Part shown: piece after piece, positions 57,133 to 64,000 of the stretch
How positions within the stretch are numbered: the stretch's first letter is position 1
Layout of the letters: each line of letters begins with the position of its first letter
Notes under the pieces: model-generated
What the model was told of the DNA's origin: nothing
What the model saw: the letters and a program-made list of their open reading frames with translations, nothing else
Database searches by the model: none
Made by a program: the position numbers and the translations under genes
IMG/VR virus record: IMGVR_UViG_3300045988_183322
DNA from: a virus
DNA: 64,000 nucleotides
Strand: one strand, 5' to 3'

Positions 57133-58335
57133 ATGGCTAAAAGAAAAAATAGACTCATTTATCAGTCTTTAGGTATTCAGGTTCTCCCAATTGGGGCTGA
57201 TGGAACGACTGCCGATAATTTAAAACAACTTTATCGCGTTCAAAGCTTTTCCACAACTTCTTCTATCTCATTCCAAGACATTAATGAGTTTGGTCAGTTA
57301 GCCGCTATTGATAGAATCAACTTAGAGGCTCCTACAATTAGTGGCACTATTGAATATTATATCACAGAAGGATTCAACGAGGAAGCTCTTGGTTTTACAG
57401 TAAATAGAGGGACAAAGACCGGTGGGGCATGGCCTACAAACAACTCCTTTATGGGAGATATGCTTGAAGATACGTCTGGTGGATTGGACTTTTTTGAAGG
57501 TATCGCTGATGAAGGTGTTGACCTCAACCAATTTTATGCAACTAACATTGAACCTTGGTCTTTAGCTGCTGGTTCTCAAGAGACGGTTGGTATTCTTGGA
57601 TTTGGTAATGTTTACGTTACTGATTACACAGTCAATTTTTCTGTTGGCGAATTACCTACTGCATCAATTTCCATTGAAGGTTCAAATGCTAATGGTGTTT
57701 TGGTGAGTGGTGGAGAAGAAGCTGTAAAAGTCGAGGCTACTTCCCCTGAGGTTAGCCTCGAAGACGGAACAGCAAGTACTGATAAAGTCCAACTGAATAC
57801 TTTCCAAAAATATAGGAAAACAGAAGCTCCTGCTATTTCGGCTTTGCGTCCCGGAGATATTAATGTGAAGATAGTTGAAGCTGGGACAGATACCGAACAA
57901 AAGAAAACTTTAATTGACTTTTCCCAAATTGGCTCTACTGGCTCTTATATTCAGAGCGTAAGTATTTCTGTTCCTCTTGCTCGTGAAGGCTTGCAAAGAT
58001 TGGGGACTAAGTATTTCTATGCGCGTGTTGTTACTTTCCCGTTGACAGCTACAGTTTCTATCTCTGCTCTTGTTAATGGAGTTAATAGTAATGTTTCCAT
58101 TGCTGATATCTTATCTACTAATCCAAAGGTTGACGTTATTGTTTCTATTAAGAATCCAAACGATGATTCTAAAATTGCTTTAGAATATCGAATCAAAAAT
58201 TGCACTATTGATGAACAACCTATTAACGCTTCTATTGGTAGTAATACTACAGCTGATTTGACCCTTTCTACTCAAATTGGCTCTAAGACTGACACTGATA
58301 ATGGCGTATTTGTTTATTCTGAATATACTCTCTAA
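57133..58335 (+). CDS. virion structural protein (major tail or fiber-like; 400 aa)
   Basis: It has beta-rich, Thr/Ser/Gly-rich composition. It is the last gene before the convergent terminators. Confidence 0.35.
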   Translation: MAKRKNRLIYQSLGIQVLPIGADGTTADNLKQLYRVQSFSTTSSISFQDINEFGQLAAIDRINLEAPTISGTIEYYITEGFNEEALGFTVNRGTKTGGAWPTNNSFMGDMLEDTSGGLDFFEGIADEGVDLNQFYATNIEPWSLAAGSQETVGILGFGNVYVTDYTVNFSVGELPTASISIEGSNANGVLVSGGEEAVKVEATSPEVSLEDGTASTDKVQLNTFQKYRKTEAPAISALRPGDINVKIVEAGTDTEQKKTLIDFSQIGSTGSYIQSVSISVPLAREGLQRLGTKYFYARVVTFPLTATVSISALVNGVNSNVSIADILSTNPKVDVIVSIKNPNDDSKIALEYRIKNCTIDEQPINASIGSNTTADLTLSTQIGSKTDTDNGVFVYSEYTL

Positions 58336-58369
58336 TCAGTAATTTAGCTTCAAAACTATTATAAGACAT

Positions 58370-58398
58370 AAGACCTTACTTTTTAAAAGTAAGGTCTT
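58370..58398. terminator. near-perfect 29 bp palindrome (AAGACCTTACTTTTT AAAAGTAAGGTCTT), a bidirectional terminator candidate
   Basis: It lies between convergent genes ending at 58335 (plus) and 58560 (minus). It is preceded by tataagacat, which shares the TAAGAC motif of the hairpin family. Confidence 0.5.
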
Positions 58399-58489
58399 AT
58401 TTTATATGCTAGTACTCGCAGATAGCTCTAATCTTTCTTGAAATGATATGCTCTATTGATTTTAATGTACTAATCTAAACTAAATAAGA

Positions 58490-58529
58490 CAGCCACATTT
58501 TCGCTCAAAATGAGCAAAAGATGTGGCTG
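58490..58529. terminator. hairpin H3 (CAGCCACAT...ATGTGGCTG with a nested GCTCA-aaa-TGAGC stem) with conserved flanks AATAAGACA / AATAGAAT
   Basis: It is the third member of the hairpin family, in the same convergent intergenic region. Confidence 0.5.
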
Positions 58530-58559
58530 AATAGAATGTCGCTTTTTAATCTAGCACGA

Positions 58560-59039
58560 CTAAGATTCGAAACTCAAATATGGTGGGATAGCTGGTATTT
58601 GGACTATTTGATAAGGCATAAGTTTATGCATTTTATAAGAATTTATTAGATTATCGAGATAGGTTTTGCTTGAATCATATAGACTCTTATAAGATTTCGA
58701 TACTTCGTTCTTATTTTGAAATGTCACAGAAGAAGTTCCATCTTTAATAGAAAGAATAGTTGATTCACCAGAAGATGTAATAACCCCATCTAAAGCCTTT
58801 CTCACTAATCCGTTGAAATATTTGCAAAAGTACATGGCCTTAAATACAGCTTGAGCTAACAAATCTTCGGCTAAATCTTCTTCTGTTAAATTTTCTAAAA
58901 TATTGAGATTTAATACTTGAAGATTATATTTTAACCATTCTGATACTTGAGCCTCATTTAAGGAATCATCCCCTAATTCGGCTATAATTTCTCTGGCTAA
59001 AACATCAAAAATTGTTTCATTCATCCCTACTTCGGACAT
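58560..59039 (-). CDS. head-tail joining or head completion protein (hypothetical)
   Basis: A 159 aa acidic ORF, the last gene of the head operon. The assignment is positional only. Confidence 0.3.
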   Translation of the reverse strand: MSEVGMNETIFDVLAREIIAELGDDSLNEAQVSEWLKYNLQVLNLNILENLTEEDLAEDLLAQAVFKAMYFCKYFNGLVRKALDGVITSSGESTILSIKDGTSSVTFQNKNEVSKSYKSLYDSSKTYLDNLINSYKMHKLMPYQIVQIPAIPPYLSFES

Positions 59040-59379
59040 ACATCAAGTCTCTAATTTCATCTCTATCATCCTCACTTAAATCATCAAAATTTTTTGTTCT
59101 TTTGATTTCATCAAGAGAATATTCCTTTTTCGAAGTCCCATATCTTTCAACAAACTCTCTTTTAAGAGTTGCAACAATTCGTTGAGAAGGTTGACGAACA
59201 TTAATACCCAATTTCCGAGCAAGTTCTATCATATCTTCATATTTCATTGTTTTAAGATTTTCTTCAAAAACTTCTAAATCTCTCGTCCCAAATATGTTTG
59301 TTATATTTTCTCCAAGAAGTTCTTCTGTTTCACGAACCTCTTGTCTTCTCGCTGAATCTAAATTTTTTCTCGCTCTCAT
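59017..59379 (-). CDS. hypothetical protein downstream of the MCP. The start is probably the internal Met at 59379; the ORF track extends it to 59430.
   Basis: The longest ORF overlaps the terminator hairpin and T-tract. The Met at MRARKN leaves the terminator intergenic. Confidence 0.3.
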   Translation of the reverse strand: MRARKNLDSARRQEVRETEELLGENITNIFGTRDLEVFEENLKTMKYEDMIELARKLGINVRQPSQRIVATLKREFVERYGTSKKEYSLDEIKRTKNFDDLSEDDRDEIRDLMYVRSRDE

Positions 59380-59397
59380 TTTCTTATTATTTAAGAT

Positions 59398-59426
59398 AAA
59401 AAAAGGAGGTCTCCTGAGAGACCTCC
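59398..59426 (-). terminator. rho-independent terminator after the major capsid protein gene
   Basis: The plus strand reads aaaaaaaa-GGAGGTCTC-ctga-GAGACCTCC. On the minus strand a 9 bp GC-rich stem is followed by a 7-8 nt U-run, 17 bp after the MCP stop codon. Confidence 0.65.
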
Positions 59427-59442
59427 TCATAAATTGTCTCTT

Positions 59443-60552
59443 TTAGACAATTATAGCAGTTAATGCTCGGTCGTCAAGAATAATTCTTCCTTCGTCCTTG
59501 TAACCATACCAACCAATCTTGCCAGAACGCCTTGTATATTGGTCATCAGGTTCAAATGTCATCGTTCTACCATCACCATTGGTGGAAGCGAAACGATACA
59601 TAGAATCGACAGAATTATCAATACCTAAGATAATTTGAGAAGTAGCTTCCTCAAACTTCGAGCCACCGAATTCTGTTTCTCCAGCTAATTTAGCAAAAAG
59701 TTTATTATACTTTTGACCGATACCGAATTCATTATATTCATGGAATGTCACACCAAAGAATGTCGGGTCGCCAGCAGTAGAATATAATTGTCTTCGGATT
59801 TCATCAGGGGCGCCAATGCCATTTTTAATAGCGCCTTCCATAGGCGCGGCTTCGGTGTTGACCGGATTGTAAGCCATTTTGCGAATATCGCCCATAGCTT
59901 CTGGAGACAAGAACAAATCAGTAAATCCAGCTTTACTTGGTCCTTCTGGGGTGCCCCCAGCCCAAGATTTGTAAAGCCTCTTCGAGAATGTCTTCAAATT
60001 ATTGAAATCATCAAGAGTAATTCTTCCTGACACTACAGAGCGTACCACATGTTGTTTGCCATTAGTGACTGCTTTGGCAAGTGCGGTAAAAATCATGGTG
60101 GCAGATAAAGTTTCATCTTTTACAAGCATCTCTTGAGCCATACGTTCAAATGCTTTAGCTACCACATCAATTTGCCCTTGAGCGATATATTTTTTATGGA
60201 AGTTCTGCGCCGAATCAATTTTAGATAAGGTGATTTTCAGTTCTCCCGTGACAGGACGGATTTCATTGGATGGGAGGCCCCCATCAACAGCTTGAGTCCA
60301 AACAGAAAAATAATTTTCGTCTGTTATGTCTCTGTAAGCATCAAGAGGAATAGATGGATTAGCTCCTTCATCAAAAGTCTTTAGCTCGAATAAATTAGAA
60401 AGGACAGGGGCTTGATTTGCCTGAACTTCGAGAACTGGCCCTACTATTTCCGCAATAGCGATTTGAGCATCCCAAACTTCATTTGGATTCTTGCTTGCAA
60501 GAGCCTTAATCAGTTCAAGGGATTCATTGCTTCTTTCGATAGTGATTTTCAT
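59443..60552 (-). CDS. major capsid protein (HK97-fold family, 369 aa)
   Basis: Its size, its position after a scaffold/protease-like gene, the strong terminator immediately downstream, and its Gly/Ala/Thr-rich composition are all typical of HK97-like MCPs. No single signature motif was verified. Confidence 0.55.
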   Translation of the reverse strand: MKITIERSNESLELIKALASKNPNEVWDAQIAIAEIVGPVLEVQANQAPVLSNLFELKTFDEGANPSIPLDAYRDITDENYFSVWTQAVDGGLPSNEIRPVTGELKITLSKIDSAQNFHKKYIAQGQIDVVAKAFERMAQEMLVKDETLSATMIFTALAKAVTNGKQHVVRSVVSGRITLDDFNNLKTFSKRLYKSWAGGTPEGPSKAGFTDLFLSPEAMGDIRKMAYNPVNTEAAPMEGAIKNGIGAPDEIRRQLYSTAGDPTFFGVTFHEYNEFGIGQKYNKLFAKLAGETEFGGSKFEEATSQIILGIDNSVDSMYRFASTNGDGRTMTFEPDDQYTRRSGKIGWYGYKDEGRIILDDRALTAIIV

Positions 60553-60568
60553 ATCTTAACTTAAAATC

Positions 60569-61189
60569 TTACTTAATTCCAAATTGTACACGATAATAAG
60601 GCTGAGCTTCTTCATTCTGAGAAGTGCCCTTAGCCCGCACGATACCAATTACCTCATCTCCTTCCTCAGCAACGGCAAACTTACCAGCTGTATTTGTAGC
60701 AAGAGTAAGTTTCGTGTTAAGGTTAATACCCGGATTTGCTTCATCATCGACCTCAAAGCAATCAAGAGAAAAATCAAGCCATCCACGAGTAAGAACAGGA
60801 ACGGTTTGACCCGGAAGCACAGCATGATTTGCCCCTAAAAGGTCGCGTTTATTGATAAGCTTTTCTCCATTGTCATCGTATTTGCAAGTTTGCCATAAAG
60901 TTACCCCGAAGAAAACGTCTCCCTTTTTAGCGGGTTTAAATTGCAATGGATTGATTGGATAAAGATTAGTTGTACCTAAATGTTTCGCTTTCGTTTTGCC
61001 AAGATAGGCGTTATCTTCCCACATAATAGTAGGATTATCTAAATCTGCTTTGGAGATAGTAACGAGTACACCAATATCTCCACTTCCTGTAGAAATTTGG
61101 TCTTCATTAGCTAACTCAGGTTCAAGAGCATACATATTGATTAAATCATGCTCTTCATAGTTTTGGAATGGACGGATTCTTATTGCCAT
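60569..61189 (-). CDS. head protein (possibly decoration or auxiliary), 206 aa
   Basis: It lies between the scaffold/protease-like gene and the MCP. The assignment is positional only. Confidence 0.3.
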   Translation of the reverse strand: MAIRIRPFQNYEEHDLINMYALEPELANEDQISTGSGDIGVLVTISKADLDNPTIMWEDNAYLGKTKAKHLGTTNLYPINPLQFKPAKKGDVFFGVTLWQTCKYDDNGEKLINKRDLLGANHAVLPGQTVPVLTRGWLDFSLDCFEVDDEANPGINLNTKLTLATNTAGKFAVAEEGDEVIGIVRAKGTSQNEEAQPYYRVQFGIK

Positions 61190-61199
61190 AAAATTATAA

Positions 61200-62741
61200 T
61201 TAGTTAATTTTGATTGTCACTCCACCAGCAAGCTTTTTGAACTTTTCACGAAGTTCTTCTTCATCTCCGATAGAGTTAGGAACTTGTTTATCAATAGAAG
61301 CTTTAGCTTCTTCTAGCTTTTTCTTGTCATTCTTTTCTATTTCAGTTTTATTCTTCCATAAAACAGACATTTCTGATTCAAAAACATTAAAGTCTTCTTC
61401 GGAAGCTATGGTAGAAAGTCTTTTCGCAATGACTTCTCTTTCTGCATCATCCATAGCATATTTCCCCTCAAAGTGGCTCATTCTCTGATTAAAAATTTCT
61501 TGAACTTCGGCTTCCTTCTGTTTCTCTTGAAGTTCTGAAACCTGAGCTTCTAAATCCGCTATTTTTGCATTAGATTCCTCTTGAGCTTTTTGTGCTTTTG
61601 CTAAAGCTTCTTCTTTATCTTTAATATCTTGAAGATATTTTTCATTACCTTCTCTTAATACATTTGTACAAGCTTGAAAAAGAGAGGAAGCAGTAGCTTC
61701 TTCAATAGTCACATTTTTTTCTTTCAAAAGCTTAATAAAATCTTCTTGAGTCATATTATTTAAATTGAAGTCTTCTAAAGTGTTTACATTAAATGCAACT
61801 GTTTTGTTTATTTTTTTAATTTTATCTTTCGTTATTTCTATATTTTCTTCTTCTTTTCCTTCGCTCTTCTCTTTTTTTTTAATTAAATATTCTTCTCTCG
61901 CTTCATTATATAATTCCGATGCGGCGACTTCATCATAAATAACTTCTGTGAAGAATTGATAATTTTCATTTTCTTCTTTCGGTTTAAATTCTTGAATAGG
62001 TTCTACATCAGCCGCTGGATTTTCTGTAAATCCAATTCCTAAAAATACAGCTTCTTTAAGAATCCTTTTCACCATTCTCCCATCTCTCAATCTTCCAGAA
62101 CCTCCATTAGCTCTCAATCTCCAAGAATATTCTCTGTACAAATCATTATCGGACGATATTCTTTCGCAAGTATAAATATCATCCTCTTCTGAATTGCAGA
62201 TTGCAATATCATAATCAGAGAATCCAACTTCCCAACTTGCGGAAATTCCTAAATAATTATCGCTATCCGGGTCAGTAGAACGGATAATATTGTATACATC
62301 CCATGAATAAACTCTTTTGTAAATAACGGAAGCTAGAGATATATCAAAAATTTTAGCTTCTAAAGCTTCTTCCGGGGTAAATATTCTGTCTCCTTCATAT
62401 TGAGTGAACCCATAATTTACGATATGTCCAACTATATTGTTAGAATCATGTCCGTAATTACATGGTTTATGAATGAAGGAATCTGCAATACTTACAGCCT
62501 CTTGGGCATCAATACCATCATCGTTTGCGTTGAATATTCCGACCACAGCGGCATCAAAAACAACTCCAAATAAATCATTATTTGTCTGGAAGTCTACCCC
62601 TTCTGGCATAAGAGAGGAAAGCTCTTTACTCGCCTTAGCCAAAAATTCTTGATTTATTGGTCTACATTTAAAATTAAGTGGTATATGCGCTATTGAATAC
62701 ATAGTTATTGTTCTGAATGATATAGAATTAAAGCTCCCCAA
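61200..62741 (-). CDS. prohead scaffold/protease-like protein with a C-terminal coiled coil
   Basis: This 513 aa ORF has a C-terminal heptad-rich segment (EEALAKAQKAQEESNAKIADLEAQVSELQEKQKEAEVQE) typical of scaffolding proteins. It lies between the portal and the MCP. A protease function is not demonstrated. Confidence 0.4.
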   Translation of the reverse strand: MGSFNSISFRTITMYSIAHIPLNFKCRPINQEFLAKASKELSSLMPEGVDFQTNNDLFGVVFDAAVVGIFNANDDGIDAQEAVSIADSFIHKPCNYGHDSNNIVGHIVNYGFTQYEGDRIFTPEEALEAKIFDISLASVIYKRVYSWDVYNIIRSTDPDSDNYLGISASWEVGFSDYDIAICNSEEDDIYTCERISSDNDLYREYSWRLRANGGSGRLRDGRMVKRILKEAVFLGIGFTENPAADVEPIQEFKPKEENENYQFFTEVIYDEVAASELYNEAREEYLIKKKEKSEGKEEENIEITKDKIKKINKTVAFNVNTLEDFNLNNMTQEDFIKLLKEKNVTIEEATASSLFQACTNVLREGNEKYLQDIKDKEEALAKAQKAQEESNAKIADLEAQVSELQEKQKEAEVQEIFNQRMSHFEGKYAMDDAEREVIAKRLSTIASEEDFNVFESEMSVLWKNKTEIEKNDKKKLEEAKASIDKQVPNSIGDEEELREKFKKLAGGVTIKIN

Positions 62742-64000
62742 TCATTTAGGCCATCATGTTCATTTAATATTTCTTTAATTCCTTCTAAAGGCTCTAATAA
62801 GAATAGGTTTTCTGGATTTTTTACACATTCTAATGTTTTTTTCTTCCAATCTTCCATAGGGCAAGCCATTCCTACTGTTGTCAAAATGGAATAAACTTTA
62901 TCGCAAATAACTTTTTCATCCTTTGACCTAAAGAACTCCCTCCCTTCTTCGATACAAGATTCCGCTACTTTATTAAAATAATCACATATTGGTTTTATTT
63001 TTTTGATGCTATAAGATTTCTCTTGAGACGCATTTGATGAACCTTGTGGCCTTCCTGCTTGATTAGGAGTTTTATTTTCTTCTTCGGTGGGAATATTAGA
63101 TGATAAATTATTTTCTTTTATATTTAATTTCAATTGTTCTTTTGAAATTTTTATTCTCTCTTGCTCGCTCCTAGAGGCAATCATAGGAACCCCGCCAACG
63201 ATAGGATTATAGAATCCTTTCTTTCTGTCTTCTATAAATTCTTCTTGACTATCTTTTATTTCCTCCCCAAGAGGATAGATTCCATTATCGAATACTTCCA
63301 TGAGTTGTTGTGGGGTTATTGCCCCAAGTTCATACAATCGCAGAGCTACTCGTTGCAGAGCTTCTTTATTTTCGAAATCTATTTCTTTAAACTTAGGCTC
63401 TGGAATTTTTTTAAATCCAAGTCTTTCTCCAATTAACTCCATTTGAGGCTTTAAGAAATCAGTTAAGAACCTTCTTCTCCCCTCTTGAAGTGTCTTCATA
63501 AAAATTTTTAATTTTGTACTTAATCCACTATATGTTCCTTCTAAATTAAGTATATTTTGAAGTCCTTCTTTAATATCTTGATTCAAAACTTCGTACTTTT
63601 CCTTTCCAAGAACTTTATTTAAATCTGGAATAAGGAAATCTGCTTTCGTTGTCCAATCAGAGACTAAAACTCTTCCTACGCTCCCATTAGCCAAAAGTTC
63701 TTTCAGCTCTTTCATGTATCTATCATTTACTCCGCCCTTATCTGGTTCTGCCCCCATTGTTATGAGTAAAACTATCTGGTCAACCATCCTCATAGCGGCG
63801 GCATCAAGTTTCTTCATCTCTATTTTCATATTGACATCTCTCAAAACAGGCCATACCATAGGAATAGCAAACGGTTCGTAATCCTGTTTTTTATAAAATG
63901 ATAATATTAAATTAGATGGTTCTAATGGATAGAAGATTTGAGCCTCAAATCCGTTTGAAGAATCTATTCTTTTTAAGACATCTTTTGGCAGACTATTCCT
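62705..64000 (-). CDS. portal protein candidate, partial. The frame stays open upstream to the right window edge.
   Basis: The ORF track starts at Met 63859, but the same frame has no stop from 63860 to 64000, so the true start is beyond the window. It is the first large gene of the head operon and overlaps the next gene by 37 nt. Confidence 0.4.
   Translation of the reverse strand, partial: RNSLPKDVLKRIDSSNGFEAQIFYPLEPSNLILSFYKKQDYEPFAIPMVWPVLRDVNMKIEMKKLDAAAMRMVDQIVLLITMGAEPDKGGVNDRYMKELKELLANGSVGRVLVSDWTTKADFLIPDLNKVLGKEKYEVLNQDIKEGLQNILNLEGTYSGLSTKLKIFMKTLQEGRRRFLTDFLKPQMELIGERLGFKKIPEPKFKEIDFENKEALQRVALRLYELGAITPQQLMEVFDNGIYPLGEEIKDSQEEFIEDRKKGFYNPIVGGVPMIASRSEQERIKISKEQLKLNIKENNLSSNIPTEEENKTPNQAGRPQGSSNASQEKSYSIKKIKPICDYFNKVAESCIEEGREFFRSKDEKVICDKVYSILTTVGMACPMEDWKKKTLECVKNPENLFLLEPLEGIKEILNEHDGLNDWGALILYHSEQ

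Noticed and set aside
58336-58559. Possible tRNA or small RNA gene between the convergent tail and head operons
   Set aside because: Only palindromic terminator hairpins are evident. There are no tRNA-like conserved boxes.
1-64000. CRISPR array
   Set aside because: No regularly spaced short direct repeats were observed anywhere in the window.

Overview
This 64 kb window is AT-rich and gene-dense, and it reads as part of a tailed dsDNA phage or prophage genome. No Shine-Dalgarno motifs precede the start codons. Together with BspA-like LRR and OmpA-like beta-barrel proteins, this suggests a Bacteroidota host. That host assignment is an inference, not something shown directly.

Modules, left to right:
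- 1-3.4 kb, plus strand: a lysis region with an N-terminal TM protein and a peptidoglycan-binding peptidase M15 endolysin, followed by a zinc-ribbon-rich endonuclease that looks like a homing endonuclease.
- 3.7-11.2 kb, minus strand: a lambda-like tail-tip cassette. It encodes an L homolog, a JAB/MPN K-like protein, an I-like protein, a ~990 aa J-like protein and a 769 aa fiber.
- 11.2-13.1 kb, plus strand: a small cluster that includes a TM/coiled-coil protein and a lipoprotein, possibly spanin-like.
- 13.2-31 kb, minus strand: a replication and recombination operon. It holds RecA/UvsX-like ATPase, DnaB-like helicase with a ~304 aa intein in its P-loop, DnaG-like primase, Cas4/RecB-like Fe-S nuclease, and PolC/DnaE-type family C DNA polymerase with a 156 aa mini-intein. 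Downstream follow a ClpA/B-like AAA+ ATPase and an APH/ChoK-like kinase-fold protein, plus unknowns.
- 30.98-31.7 kb: a ~730 bp divergent non-coding control region. It carries repeated CGGAAG and TTGTCAA/TTGACAA motifs, AT-rich direct repeats and a GC-rich structured segment.
- 31.7-34.7 kb, plus strand: a nucleotide and DNA-binding module with dUTPase, dNMP kinase, a sigma-factor-like protein and SSB.
- 34.87-39.57 kb: a GC-richer 4.7 kb transposon-like insertion. It has perfect 21 bp inverted repeats and an 8 bp target duplication, and it splits a small phage ORF in frame. It carries an IS1595-family transposase, a KilA-N protein, a secreted protein, an OM beta-barrel protein and an HTH protein.
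- 40.4-54.2 kb, minus strand: tail morphogenesis genes. They include a 2561 aa tape-measure protein, two acidic ORFs upstream of it that are separated only by an in-frame TAA, and a BspA-like LRR tail protein.
- 54.3-58.3 kb, plus strand: tail and fiber genes, including a tail-collar-domain protein.
- 58.5-64 kb, minus strand: head genes. The major capsid protein is followed by a clean intrinsic terminator. Upstream lie a scaffold/protease-like protein and a portal that runs off the window end.

The most notable items are the two inteins in essential replication genes, the precisely delimited IS-borne cargo island, a recurring family of conserved hairpins, and the split tail module with a possible stop-codon-readthrough chaperone pair.
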